Below, piece by piece: positions 47,025 through 56,600 of a stretch of 64,000 nucleotides of DNA. The DNA comes from a bacterium (lineage in GTDB: Bacteria; Patescibacteriota; Patescibacteriia; JACPHY01). The stretch spans positions 285 to 64,284 of the forward strand of contig JAUSKM010000015.1 in the NCBI GenBank assembly GCA_030646955.1, in the 5' to 3' direction. A program made the position numbers and the translations under genes. Below the pieces are notes generated by a model. It did not search any database. It was not told the DNA's origin and was given only the letters and a program-made list of their open reading frames with translations. Every line of letters starts with the position of its first letter. Positions within the stretch are counted from its first letter, which is position 1.

Positions 47025-48074
47025 CTACAACCCGTGATCAAGGAGGTAGAGGATAAGCCCGAGGACGGCAGTGACGCCGGCGATGACCCAGAAGCGCATG
47101 ACGATCTTCGCCTCTGGCCACCCGATGGCCTCCAGATGGTGATGGAACGGCGTCGAGCGGAAGAGCTTTCTCCCTACGAAGCGCTTCGCGGTCATCTGCA
47201 CAACGACGGACGCGGACTCTGCCACGAACGGGAGGCCGATGACGAGGAGCAGAAACGGCTCGTTCGTGAGCAGCGCGATGATGCCGAGTGTTGTCCCCAG
47301 CGCCATGGCACCGGTATCGCCCATGAAGAACCGCGCGGGCGGAATGTTGAACCAAAGAAACGCGAGGAGCGCGCCGACGATCACACCCACGAACGCCGCG
47401 AGATCGTATCGCTCCAGAAGAAACGCAATCGCGCCGTATGCGCCAAACGCGGTGAGGAGCGTCCCGCCAGCCAGACCATCCAAACCATCCGTAATGTTCA
47501 CGGAGTGCATGGTCGCAATGAGCACGAGCGCCGCGAAGAGAAAGTAGAGTATGGGCCCAAGATCAGCAATGCCGATGAACGGCACAGAGAGCGTGGTCCA
47601 CTCCAGCTTCACAACGAACCACCACGCGATTCCAGCGGCGACGAGCGCGTACAGAAAGAGCCGGTGGCGCATGGTGAGGCCGCCGCCCTTGGGGCCAACG
47701 CCAAGGACATTGAGCAGGTCGTCGCCAAACCCGATGAGTGCCGCAGCAACGAGCGCGCCCAGCGGGAGGAGCGTCTCCGCACGGGAAAGGAAATTCAACT
47801 GTGCGAGGAACGGAACATCAAACGCGTACGCGGCACCAAACAACACCGCGAGCGCGAGCGTGGTCCCCCACACGAGCACCCCGCCCATGGTGGGCGTCCC
47901 CTGTTTGTGCGCGTGCATCCTCGCGTACACCGGCGCCTCGGACGCAAGGCGGATGTTCTTACCCAACTTATACTTATACAACATCCGCGTGAGCGCCGGC
48001 GTCCAGAGCATCGTCACGACGAACGCGAGTGTGGTGAGGACAAATATTTTGACAATGGGATCCATGAGGTTCAA
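47025..48074 (-). CDS. mraY: Phospho-N-acetylmuramoyl-pentapeptide transferase
   Basis: HSVNITDGLDGLAGG, FMGDTGAMALG and PFHHHLE motifs. Confidence 0.95.
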   Translation of the reverse strand: MNLMDPIVKIFVLTTLAFVVTMLWTPALTRMLYKYKLGKNIRLASEAPVYARMHAHKQGTPTMGGVLVWGTTLALAVLFGAAYAFDVPFLAQLNFLSRAETLLPLGALVAAALIGFGDDLLNVLGVGPKGGGLTMRHRLFLYALVAAGIAWWFVVKLEWTTLSVPFIGIADLGPILYFLFAALVLIATMHSVNITDGLDGLAGGTLLTAFGAYGAIAFLLERYDLAAFVGVIVGALLAFLWFNIPPARFFMGDTGAMALGTTLGIIALLTNEPFLLLVIGLPFVAESASVVVQMTAKRFVGRKLFRSTPFHHHLEAIGWPEAKIVMRFWVIAGVTAVLGLILYLLDHGL

Positions 48075-48084
48075 TAGATGTTTC

Positions 48085-48242
48085 CGTCACCTTCGAGCGA
48101 TACTTCACTTCCGTCATTTCGAGCGCAGCGAGAAATCTCACACGCAATACTCTATCGAACACGATACGGTTGACATGTACTGCTTACGAATGTTTCTCAA
48201 CCCCCACATCATGTGAGATTCCTCGGCCGACCTCGGAATGAC
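48085..48242. repeat. Family-T units upstream of mraY (one degenerate, one TTTC type, one inverted TTCC type)
   Basis: gtcatttcgagcgcagcgagaaatctcacacg (48113-48144) and tgtgagattcctcggccgacctcggaatgac (48212-48242). Confidence 0.8.
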
Positions 48243-48720
48243 GAGCAGAAGCATACCCCACCCCATTCATATTCCAGAGCAGCACGGTACCCACAAGCGC
48301 GGCGAATGCGAGGAGTACTGCGGCAGCGAGGAGGAACACAGATGCCGTGGCGGGCGCAGGCGCGTTGCGGGGCGTGAGACCAAATGCGAGCGCAATGTTG
48401 AATGCGATGAACGCCGAGCCCGTGCGAGCGATGCGCGCGAGATCATGCCATGAACCAAAGGCATCGATCCCAAACGTGGTAGTGTAATGCGTCACGAGCG
48501 ATGCCGCGTCCGGCACATTTGGCACCGCGAGCGCCGCAATCCATGCACCCGCGAGCAGTGCACCGGCCGCGACGGCCATCCAGCGCGTTTGCGAATTCGC
48601 GAGCAGTGGATGCGAAAACGCGCACACGCGCCGCACGCATGCACGCTGCACCCGCCCAACTGCCGTCCATAGCTCCCCCTCGCTCCGGGATGGAGCATCC
48701 GGGGAGATGCGGTCATCCAT
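48184..48720 (-). CDS. Hypothetical membrane protein (3 TM); C-terminal 20 aa encoded by a repeat unit
   Basis: MDDRISPD...[20 protein letters not shown]...[23 protein letters not shown]...[20 protein letters not shown]. Start uncertain. The tail is family-T sequence. Confidence 0.45.
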   Translation of the reverse strand: MDDRISPDAPSRSEGELWTAVGRVQRACVRRVCAFSHPLLANSQTRWMAVAAGALLAGAWIAALAVPNVPDAASLVTHYTTTFGIDAFGSWHDLARIARTGSAFIAFNIALAFGLTPRNAPAPATASVFLLAAAVLLAFAALVGTVLLWNMNGVGYASARHSEVGRGISHDVGVEKHS

Positions 48721-48774
48721 ATGCCTCATCCTATGCCCATCCGCTCTCTCCAGCGTAGCATTGTCCCACCGTTC

Positions 48775-48803
48775 TTGACATCTCCGGAGCCGTGTGATGG
48801 AAT
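48775..48803 (+). promoter_or_regulatory. Candidate promoter for rpmA
   Basis: TTGACA (48775-48780), a 17-nt spacer, then TGGAAT (48798-48803). About 100 nt upstream of rpmA. The -10 is weak. Confidence 0.3.
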
Positions 48804-48900
48804 ATATCCAGGAGATGCATACGATAGCATCGCTTTTTTGTTGCAGCCGCCCGCCCCGCGAAACATTCGCGAAGCATGGCCGGCTTGCAGCTCGTTTTTT

Positions 48901-49185
48901 ATGGCACATAAAAAGGCAGGTGGCTCAACACGGTTGGGCCGCGATTCCCAGGGGCAGCGGCTTGGCGTGAAGCGCTCTGACGGGCAAGTTGTCCGTTCGG
49001 GCAACATCATCGTCCGGCAGCGCGGAACATCGTTCCGCCCGGGCACCAACGTCCAGCGCGGCAAGGATGACACACTCTTCGCGGTCGCCGATGGCGTCGT
49101 GAAGTTCGTCAAACGCACCCGCTTGACGTTCGCCGGAAAGAAGGTGGTGCGGAATGTCGTCTCGGTGGAGCAGCCGCGCGGCTAA
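48901..49185 (+). CDS. rpmA: 50S ribosomal protein L27
   Basis: [61 protein letters not shown] is a near-canonical L27. Start trimmed to the ATG at 48901. Confidence 0.95.
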   Translation: MAHKKAGGSTRLGRDSQGQRLGVKRSDGQVVRSGNIIVRQRGTSFRPGTNVQRGKDDTLFAVADGVVKFVKRTRLTFAGKKVVRNVVSVEQPRG

Positions 49186-49209
49186 CGCACGGATCCGCAA
49201 ACAAGAAGC

Positions 49210-49235
49210 AGCGCCCGCTCGAAAGAGCGGGCGCT
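49210..49235 (+). terminator. Terminator after rpmA
   Basis: a gcgcccgctc gaaa gagcgggcgc t, followed by tgcgtgttg. Confidence 0.6.
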
Positions 49236-49255
49236 TGCGTGTTGCAGCCAAACGA

Positions 49256-49525
49256 TCACGAACCGTCGAGGTCCTCCGTTGCCTGCGGTGCTCGGTGGTG
49301 CTCGTCTTTTACTATTTGGATGAATGTGTCCAAGATCGTCGCGCTGGCGGTGATGCAGCACACACCTCCAACAAGGAACCAGGCAGAGAGGAGTACCCTC
49401 GGTGTTGGGAAAAGCATGTGAATGACATACGCGACAGCGCAATACACCACCCACAAAAGTACGAACGACAAAAGCATCAGTGCAGCTGCGCTGCTCGGGC
49501 GCTGCTCGGGCGAATGTTCCATCAC
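49256..49525 (-). CDS. Small hypothetical 2-TM membrane protein
   Basis: 89 aa with helices ALMLLSFVLLWVVYCAVAYVIHMLF and LLSAWFLVGGVCCITASATIL. No homology evidence. Confidence 0.4.
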   Translation of the reverse strand: MMEHSPEQRPSSAAALMLLSFVLLWVVYCAVAYVIHMLFPTPRVLLSAWFLVGGVCCITASATILDTFIQIVKDEHHRAPQATEDLDGS

Positions 49526-49564
49526 GCACCTCCTGCGAATACCCTACACGAGCCCATACCGCTG

Positions 49565-51232
49565 TCAAGCACCACGCTTCTCGGCGGCCTTGATGAGACC
49601 CAGGAAGAGCGGCTGGGGGTCGAGGGGGCGGCTCTTGAATTCGGGGTGGAATTGAGCGGCAACGAAGTACGGGTGCGTCTGTTTGGGCAGCTCTATTATT
49701 TCCGCGAGATCGCGCTCGGGGTTGACGCCGGAGAAGACCATGCCCGCGGCCTCGCACCGCTCACGGTACGCGTTATTAAATTCGTAGCGGTGCCGATGAC
49801 GCTCCGAGATGCGTAGGTCGCCATTGGCGTACCGCTTGCTCACCCATGACGTATCCGCATAGGCGCGCGCTGCGTGTGTTCCCGCGCGCACGCGACAATC
49901 ATACGCGCCCAGGCGCATGGTGCCGCCGTACGCATCCTTCGCCAGCCGCGCCTTCTGCTCTTCCATGACATCAATGATGGGGTCTGCCGTGTCCGGCACA
50001 ATCTCGGTGGTATGCGCGCCGGGCAGTCCCAATACGTTGCGCGCGAACTCGACGCACGCGAGTTGCATGCCGTAGCAGATACCAAGGAACGGAATGCCGT
50101 GCTCGCGGAGGTACTGGATTGTGCGAATCTTCCCCTCAACGCCGCGCGACCCAAATCCCCCAGGAATGACAACACCATCACATTGTCCGAGTTGCTTCAG
50201 CTTCTTGTTGTCCTGCTCGTACTCCTCCGTATTCACCCACTCCAGCACCGGCGTGCGCTTCCGCGCCCACGCAGCATGCTTCACCGCCTCAATGACGGAG
50301 AGGTACACGTCCGAGAGCACAAAATCGCCTGTTGAAAAATACTTCCCCACGATCGCAATGCGAACCGGTGCATACTGCCGCTCCGAGGTGCGCACCATCG
50401 CGCGCCACTGCCGCAAATCTTTCCCGCGCGGCGCAAGACCCAACTTTTCCAATACGCGCTCCGCAACGTGCTCGCGCTCAAAATTGACCGGCACATGATA
50501 GATGGATGCCACATCCGGCGCCGCAATCACATCGTCCGCCTGGACGTTACAGAACACCGCCAGCTTCTTGCGTCGCACAGCGTCCAACGCTTGCGATCCG
50601 CGCGCAACGATGAAATCCGGCTGAATGCCCGCAGCTTGCAGCTGTCTGGTCGCATGTTGCGTGGGCTTCGTTTTCATCTCGCCGATATGACCCGGGATTG
50701 GAAGGTACGACACGAGCAGCGTAATGACATCGTCCGGCCGCTGCTGTTTGAGCAATCGCGCGGCTTCCAAGAAGAGCACGTTCTGGTACTCACCGACGGT
50801 TCCACCGATCTCAATGAGCACGATCTCCGCACGCCGCGCCTCTACGCACGCATGAATGCGATGGAGTACCTCCTCGGGAAGATGCGGCACCACCTCCACG
50901 CACTTGCCCTTGTACCCCAAATTCCGCTCGCGCTCAATGACCGAGAGGTACACCCGCCCGGTGGTCATGTAATTGATTTTCCCCAGATCCTGACCCAGGA
51001 ACCGTTCGTAGCTTCCGATGTCCAGGTCCGTCTCGTCACCATCATCCGTCACAAATACTTCGCCATGCTCCGTGGGGTTCATGGTGCCCGCGTCTACGTT
51101 CACATAGGGATCAATCTTCATCGCGGTGACGCGAAATCCCTTCGCCTGCAGCAGTACACCCAGCGATGCCGTAACCGTCCCCTTCCCAACGCCAGACAAC
51201 ACCCCGCCGGCAACGAAAATATATTTGGGCAT
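49565..51232 (-). CDS. pyrG: CTP synthase
   Basis: MPKYIFVAGGVLSGVGKG starts the synthetase domain, and the GATase domain carries GICYGMQL and HRHRYE. Start trimmed to the ATG at 51232, with an AGGAG SD 8 nt upstream. Confidence 0.95.
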   Translation of the reverse strand: MPKYIFVAGGVLSGVGKGTVTASLGVLLQAKGFRVTAMKIDPYVNVDAGTMNPTEHGEVFVTDDGDETDLDIGSYERFLGQDLGKINYMTTGRVYLSVIERERNLGYKGKCVEVVPHLPEEVLHRIHACVEARRAEIVLIEIGGTVGEYQNVLFLEAARLLKQQRPDDVITLLVSYLPIPGHIGEMKTKPTQHATRQLQAAGIQPDFIVARGSQALDAVRRKKLAVFCNVQADDVIAAPDVASIYHVPVNFEREHVAERVLEKLGLAPRGKDLRQWRAMVRTSERQYAPVRIAIVGKYFSTGDFVLSDVYLSVIEAVKHAAWARKRTPVLEWVNTEEYEQDNKKLKQLGQCDGVVIPGGFGSRGVEGKIRTIQYLREHGIPFLGICYGMQLACVEFARNVLGLPGAHTTEIVPDTADPIIDVMEEQKARLAKDAYGGTMRLGAYDCRVRAGTHAARAYADTSWVSKRYANGDLRISERHRHRYEFNNAYRERCEAAGMVFSGVNPERDLAEIIELPKQTHPYFVAAQFHPEFKSRPLDPQPLFLGLIKAAEKRGA

Positions 51233-51270
51233 ACCGTACGCTCCTAGCTGCTGGCTCAGAAAACGATTCA

Positions 51271-51717
51271 TCACGAAACTTCTTCCACGATAACGCGTCC
51301 TTCCGCCTCAATGCCGTGCGGCATGCTAAAACGGATATCGTACTCTCCTGGTTCTTCGATTGGCGCATCGAGACGCACCCACGCAGCATCGATGTGCGTG
51401 CCATCAGCAGCGAGCTGCGCGGCGATGCGTGCGGCATCGATAACGCTGGAGAGCGTCCCGTTTGCGTTCACCTTCACCGATACGATGAGTTCGCACCCAT
51501 CAAGCACTTCGGCAATCCGCTGGAGCTCGGTAAGCTCATGCTCGGCTGCCTGCCGCTGCTCCTCTGCGCGCGCCGCGACCTCCGCGAGCGCGGTCTCCGT
51601 TGCCGGAACCGCGAGGTGCTGCGGGAAGAGGATGGTACGCGCGTGCCCATCGGACACTTCGACGATATCGCCCTCGTCGCCAACGTTAGCAACGTCGGCA
51701 AGAAGCATGACTTTCAT
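51271..51717 (-). CDS. rplI: 50S ribosomal protein L9
   Basis: MKVMLLADVANVGDEGDIVEVSDGHARTILFPQHLAVPAT, then a long connecting helix and a C-terminal domain. Start trimmed to the ATG at 51717. Confidence 0.85.
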   Translation of the reverse strand: MKVMLLADVANVGDEGDIVEVSDGHARTILFPQHLAVPATETALAEVAARAEEQRQAAEHELTELQRIAEVLDGCELIVSVKVNANGTLSSVIDAARIAAQLAADGTHIDAAWVRLDAPIEEPGEYDIRFSMPHGIEAEGRVIVEEVS

Positions 51718-51724
51718 ATATTCC

Positions 51725-52984
51725 TTATGGTGCGCGCTCCACCATCGTCGCCAGCTCTGCCATCGCGCGCGCATGCTGCGGATCGCGCTCGGCCTTGCTG
51801 TCATCTTCGGTGAGCGCAACTGCCATATCGGGCGTGATGCCATTCCCCTCAATAGATCGGCCTGCGGGCGTGAGCCATTCGGCAATCGTCAATTTGAGCG
51901 CGGATCCATCGCGCAGATTCGCGAGGTGTTGCACGGTCCCTTTCCCAAATGTCTGCGCTCCGATGACGCGCGCACGCCCGGTGTCTTGCAACGCGCCCGC
52001 GACGATCTCTGATGCAGATGCACTCCCCTCGTTGACGAGCACCACCGTCGGAAGGTGCTGGAGCCGCGCGAGCCCACTGGACCGATGCTCCTGCACGCGG
52101 CCATCATTCGTACGCTCCTGGACGATAACATCGCGCTCGATCCACTCCCCCGCAATCGCGATGGCTGCTTCCAAGAAGCCCCCGGGGTTATTCCGCAAAT
52201 CGAGCACGACCGCACGATCGCCCCGCGCGAGAAGCGTACGCACCGCAGCATCAAATCGTTCCACCGTGTCGCCGTTGAAATGTGAGATGTGCACCACCGC
52301 AACCGCCTTGCCGGTACTGGTCCGCTGCTGCTCCACGGTCACACTCTCGATTGCAATGACATCGCGCACGATGGAGACCTCACGCGGCGTCGCTTCTTTC
52401 CCGGACTGCACGAGGAGCTTTACCGCGGTACCGCGCTCACCACGAATACGCGCAACCGCTTCCTCCAACGAGAGATCCAGCGTCGGTTCTTCATCCACCG
52501 CGAGGATGCTATCCCCAGACCGCAGCCCCGCGCGCGCGGCGGGCGTACCGGGGAGCGGCGCGATGACCGTAAGCACGTCGCCACGAATGCCGATCTCCGC
52601 CCCGATACCCTGAAGCGATCCGGAGAGATCCTCACGAAACAACTCCGCGCGCTCCGGATCGAAGAACGCGGAATAGGGATCTTCGAGCGCATCCACCATG
52701 CCCGCAATGGATCCGTAGAAGCGGTCGCGCGTATCCACGGGCTGCCGGAGGAAATCGCGCTCGAGGAGCGACCACACCTCCCAGTACAAACCAAAATCAA
52801 GGTCACGAGCTGCCTCGGGCGCCCCCACATCGCGGTTGACAACACGCGCTGGCGCTCCTCCACCGGCAGATGGATCCGCGTATCGGCCAGCGAAATACCC
52901 AACCCAATAGCTCGCCGCGAGCACGGCAATGCCGACGAGCATCTGGAGGTGTCTGCGGGTAATCGTCACCATAGTACTCCCCAT
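51725..52984 (-). CDS. ctpA: Carboxy-terminal processing (S41) protease with PDZ domain
   Basis: TM anchor, PDZ domain (GIGAEIG...APLPGTPAARAGLRSGDSILAVD), catalytic GSASASEI (Ser) and TFGKGTVQ (Lys). An alternative ATG lies at 52972. Confidence 0.85.
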   Translation of the reverse strand: MGSTMVTITRRHLQMLVGIAVLAASYWVGYFAGRYADPSAGGGAPARVVNRDVGAPEAARDLDFGLYWEVWSLLERDFLRQPVDTRDRFYGSIAGMVDALEDPYSAFFDPERAELFREDLSGSLQGIGAEIGIRGDVLTVIAPLPGTPAARAGLRSGDSILAVDEEPTLDLSLEEAVARIRGERGTAVKLLVQSGKEATPREVSIVRDVIAIESVTVEQQRTSTGKAVAVVHISHFNGDTVERFDAAVRTLLARGDRAVVLDLRNNPGGFLEAAIAIAGEWIERDVIVQERTNDGRVQEHRSSGLARLQHLPTVVLVNEGSASASEIVAGALQDTGRARVIGAQTFGKGTVQHLANLRDGSALKLTIAEWLTPAGRSIEGNGITPDMAVALTEDDSKAERDPQHARAMAELATMVERAP

Positions 52985-53060
52985 GCGTACGTTACTCCTC
53001 CACGCTACCACATTCCGCAACGGTGTGAACGTCTGGGTATCTCCGACCCCACAACGCTGC

Positions 53061-54332
53061 TCATGTTTCCGTACGACGAATATCCACACCAATAGCACGC
53101 AGTCGTTGCTCAATCTGCTCAAAGCCGCGATCGATCTGGGAGACGTTGTGGATGGTGCTCACGCCCTGGGCCGCGGCAGCTGCAATGACCAGCGCAATGC
53201 CGGCGCGGATATCCGGCGAACCCAGCGTTGCAGCGGCGAGTGGCCGCGGCCCCTCCACAACGCACCGATGCGGATCGCACAGGATGATGTTGGCCCCCAT
53301 CTTGTTCAGACGGTCAATGTAGAAGAGCCGCCCCTCATAGATGGTCTCGTGAACCAGCGCAACGCCGTGCGCCTGCGTCAGCGCCACCGTGAGCGGCGGC
53401 TGGAAGTCCGTCGCCATTCCTGGATACTCGTGCGTCCGCAACGGCATCGCGCGCAACGGGCCGTCTACGCGGATGTGCATGCTCCCGGTAGCCGCGTCCG
53501 CATCAATCGCCGCTCCCATGGAGCGCAGGAATGCAATGGGCACCTGGAGGTGCGCGGGATCGCAGCCGGTAATGGTCAACGATCCGCCACAGCTCGCGGT
53601 GAGGGCGGCGAATGTGACCGCCTCGACGCGATCCGGAATGCAGGCCACCTCGCCCCCCGAGAGCCGATCCACACCCACGACGCGCATCGTGGGTGTCCCC
53701 AGGCCAGTGATACGCGCACCACATGCATTGAGGAACTCACCCAACGCGACCACCTCGGGCTCCATCGCGACGTTCTCAAGGATCGTCGTACCGGGGACGC
53801 GCACAGCGAAGAGCATGAGCGCCTCGGTGCCGGTGACGCTCACGAAAGGAAAGACGAAGTGCGCGGGCGCGAGGGCGCGGGCAGTGAATCGAACTGCGTC
53901 CGCCTCCTCCTCCACCTGGACGCCGAACGCGCGGAATCCCTGTATGAAAAAATCGATTGGCCGACGCCCAATAGCGTCGCCGCCGGGAAGCGGCAGCGTG
54001 AGCGTGCCGAAACGATGGAGGAGCGGACCGATCATCACGAGGCCGGCACGAAGCTTCCCCATGCGTTCTGCGGGAAGCTCCGCATTCCGCAGCGTTGCTG
54101 CGTCAATGGTATACTCGTGAGGACCAGCCGTCACCGTTGCGCCAAGCGCACGAACGATCTCCGCCATATGGCGGACGTCCTCAATATCCGGCACGCGACG
54201 GATCGTGACGGGGCCATCCGAAAGCAGCGCTGCTGCAAAAAGCTTCAGCGCCTCATTTTTTGCCCCACCCACTGCCACCGTGCCGTGGATCGCAGATGGG
54301 CCGGTCACGATGAACGATGCATCAGCTCCCAT
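53061..54332 (-). CDS. murA: UDP-N-acetylglucosamine 1-carboxyvinyltransferase
   Basis: 423 aa with N-terminal GTVAVGGAKNEALKLFAAALL. Full-length MurA-like two-domain order. Confidence 0.95.
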   Translation of the reverse strand: MGADASFIVTGPSAIHGTVAVGGAKNEALKLFAAALLSDGPVTIRRVPDIEDVRHMAEIVRALGATVTAGPHEYTIDAATLRNAELPAERMGKLRAGLVMIGPLLHRFGTLTLPLPGGDAIGRRPIDFFIQGFRAFGVQVEEEADAVRFTARALAPAHFVFPFVSVTGTEALMLFAVRVPGTTILENVAMEPEVVALGEFLNACGARITGLGTPTMRVVGVDRLSGGEVACIPDRVEAVTFAALTASCGGSLTITGCDPAHLQVPIAFLRSMGAAIDADAATGSMHIRVDGPLRAMPLRTHEYPGMATDFQPPLTVALTQAHGVALVHETIYEGRLFYIDRLNKMGANIILCDPHRCVVEGPRPLAAATLGSPDIRAGIALVIAAAAAQGVSTIHNVSQIDRGFEQIEQRLRAIGVDIRRTET

Positions 54333-54341
54333 ATCGATTCT

Positions 54342-55679
54342 ATGCCGCTCGCATTACGACGATTACTCTACAGCGCGTTCATCGCAGTATTCCTCGCGGT
54401 GGCGCCACTCTTGGTAGTATACAGCATGGGCTATCGCTACCATCCCGAGAAGCACCGATTTGAGCGGACGGGGCTTATCGTGCTCGATGGAACGCCGGAG
54501 CAGGCGACGGTGCTCGTGGACGGCACCGTGCGGGCGACGCGGCTCCCTGCTCGCATCGGAGGCCTGGGCGAAAACGTCTACACCTTGCGCGTCGAACAAT
54601 CAGGGTTCCACCCGTGGGAGCAGCGCGTGAGCGTGACGAGCGGCCACACGACGTTCGCAACCGCATTACGCCTCTTCCGCATCGCAGATCCCGTTCGCAT
54701 CGCCACAGGAACAACCGCACGACTTGCAACCAGCGCCGACGGTCACTGGGCGGCATGGGTACGCACGGAGCAAGGATTTGAGGAACTCTGGTTACACGAT
54801 CTCGTCCGCGATACGCGCACGCTCGTCTACCGCGCGCCGCCGCAGGGCATCACCATCACTTGGTCGCCGCAAGATGCCATGCTCCTCCTGCACACCGCGG
54901 CCGACACGCTTGTGGTGGACCCCGATGCGCCGCGCGTGCTCCTGTCACTCCGCACGCTCCTGTCACATGTGCCGAACGCCGTTCAGTGGGAACTCGAATC
55001 CAGCAGCGCCGTCATTGCCGTCGCGGAAGGCCGCCTCTCCCGCGTGCACCTGGCGACTGCGCGTGCCGTGACGCTGCCCGTGCCGGTTCCGGAAACGCCG
55101 TTTGCCGTTGCACGAGCCACACTGTACGTCGTCCGCCAACTCGCGAATCCGCACGACCGGGATTCGGAGATCGTCGCGGTCCCGCTTGACGGAAGTGCAC
55201 CGCACACGATCACGACGTTCCCGGGATCCATCGCACGCTTCGTGGGCATGCGCGATACCACGCTCATCGCGGAGCAGGACACGCCGCTCGGCGTTGCAAC
55301 CATGGATATCGACACGACCGACGGCACCATCGTCATACAAAACGGATACGCACGGGATGCGCGTGGAGATGCGGTGCTCTGGCGGACCAACGCGAACGAA
55401 CTCTGGATGGAGCGCGGGAAGCCACCAACCGCCACCCTCCTGGTCCGCCGCGACGCCCCGCTCGTGGACACACGCTGGCTCCCTGATGCCCCGTACGCGA
55501 TGCTCGCAACCGATCGGGACATCCACGCGGTCGCCCTTGACCACCCAACGCCAAATCGCACGACGCTCCTCGCCACATTTGACCACATCATCGGCGCAAC
55601 GGTCCTTGCCGATTCCAGTACCCTCCTCATTGCTGGCACCCACAATGACGAAGACGGCCTCTGGCGCCTCCCCCTCTAG
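54342..55679 (+). CDS. Membrane-anchored PEGA-domain protein with a beta-propeller-like C-terminus
   Basis: Only the last 445 codons of the 916-aa track ORF are credible. MPLALRRLLYSAFIAVFLAVAPLLVVY provides the anchor, and LIVLDGTPEQATVLVDGT...YTLRVEQSGFHPWEQRVSV the PEGA domain. The upstream part is antisense to murA. Confidence 0.65.
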   Translation: MPLALRRLLYSAFIAVFLAVAPLLVVYSMGYRYHPEKHRFERTGLIVLDGTPEQATVLVDGTVRATRLPARIGGLGENVYTLRVEQSGFHPWEQRVSVTSGHTTFATALRLFRIADPVRIATGTTARLATSADGHWAAWVRTEQGFEELWLHDLVRDTRTLVYRAPPQGITITWSPQDAMLLLHTAADTLVVDPDAPRVLLSLRTLLSHVPNAVQWELESSSAVIAVAEGRLSRVHLATARAVTLPVPVPETPFAVARATLYVVRQLANPHDRDSEIVAVPLDGSAPHTITTFPGSIARFVGMRDTTLIAEQDTPLGVATMDIDTTDGTIVIQNGYARDARGDAVLWRTNANELWMERGKPPTATLLVRRDAPLVDTRWLPDAPYAMLATDRDIHAVALDHPTPNRTTLLATFDHIIGATVLADSSTLLIAGTHNDEDGLWRLPL

Positions 55680-55697
55680 CGATACGCGCTGCGCACC

Positions 55698-56600
55698 TCA
55701 CCGATGACCGAGGTACTCCGCAAGCGCCTGCTCCCATCCGCGCAAGGGTGGGAGCTTTGTCGTGCGGAGTACCGAGTGCGTGGGGCGTCTGGCAGCGCGC
55801 GGAAACTGCGACGCGGAGACGGGAACTAGCGTCCCACGCCACCCAGCGCACGTGAGCGCCTCCTGCGCAAAACGGTACCAGGTACACGCCCCGTCGTTCG
55901 TGCGATGATAGATGCCGCTCTCCGTAGTGCGCGCCACCAGATCCCGGGTTGCTTGCGCGAGGTCTGGCGCATACGTTGGCGATGCCCGCTCATCATCCAC
56001 CACTTCCAACCGATCGCTCGCCGCCGCTCGCTCGATAATCACGTCCACGAACGAACGCTTTCCGCCTGCCGACTGCGCCGCTGTACCAAAGAGCCGCGAG
56101 AGCCGGATGATGTGCCACTGCCATCCTGGATGCGCAGCCGCAACACGCTGCACCTCCTGCTCGCCCAGGAACTTTGACCGTCCATAGGCGGAGCAAGGAT
56201 CCGGTATCGCATCCTCGGCATATCCCGCTCCTATCCCCCCTCCCGCTGGGAGGGGGGGAAGGGGGGGGAGGTCCTGCAGCGCTCCAAACACATAATCCGT
56301 CGAATAGTGCACGAACGCCGCTCCAACAGCAGCGGCTGCATCTGCCAAATGCCCAACCGCGTATCCGTTCACCGCATCGGCAACGGCTTGCTCCTCCTCT
56401 GCGCGGTCCACCGCATTATACGCCGCCGCGTTGATGAGGATCTCCGGTGCAGCCGCCGCGATACGCGCCCGCACCTGCACCGCATTGGTGATGTCGAGAT
56501 TACTGCGATCCCACGCGATCACCTCGCAATCAGAAAACGCTCGGACGAGTGCGTGTCCGAGCATCCCCCTTGCACCCACAATGCAGACGCGCATACTCAT
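55698..56600 (-). CDS. rfbD: dTDP-4-dehydrorhamnose reductase
   Basis: VCIVGARGMLG Rossmann motif, STDYVF, YGRSKFLGE. It contains a repeat-derived insert (feature at 56235). Confidence 0.85.
   Translation of the reverse strand: MSMRVCIVGARGMLGHALVRAFSDCEVIAWDRSNLDITNAVQVRARIAAAAPEILINAAAYNAVDRAEEEQAVADAVNGYAVGHLADAAAAVGAAFVHYSTDYVFGALQDLPPLPPLPAGGGIGAGYAEDAIPDPCSAYGRSKFLGEQEVQRVAAAHPGWQWHIIRLSRLFGTAAQSAGGKRSFVDVIIERAAASDRLEVVDDERASPTYAPDLAQATRDLVARTTESGIYHRTNDGACTWYRFAQEALTCAGWRGTLVPVSASQFPRAARRPTHSVLRTTKLPPLRGWEQALAEYLGHR
56235..56271. repeat. G/C-tract element inside rfbD
   Basis: cccccctcccgctgggagggggggaaggggggggagg. Translated as DLPPLPPLPAGGGIG. It matches the cysS copy at 21676. Confidence 0.75.

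Noticed and set aside
52929-54341. First 471 codons of the 916-aa plus-strand ORF
   Set aside because: It is antisense to ctpA and murA. The credible gene begins at the ATG at 54342, with a TM anchor and a PEGA domain.
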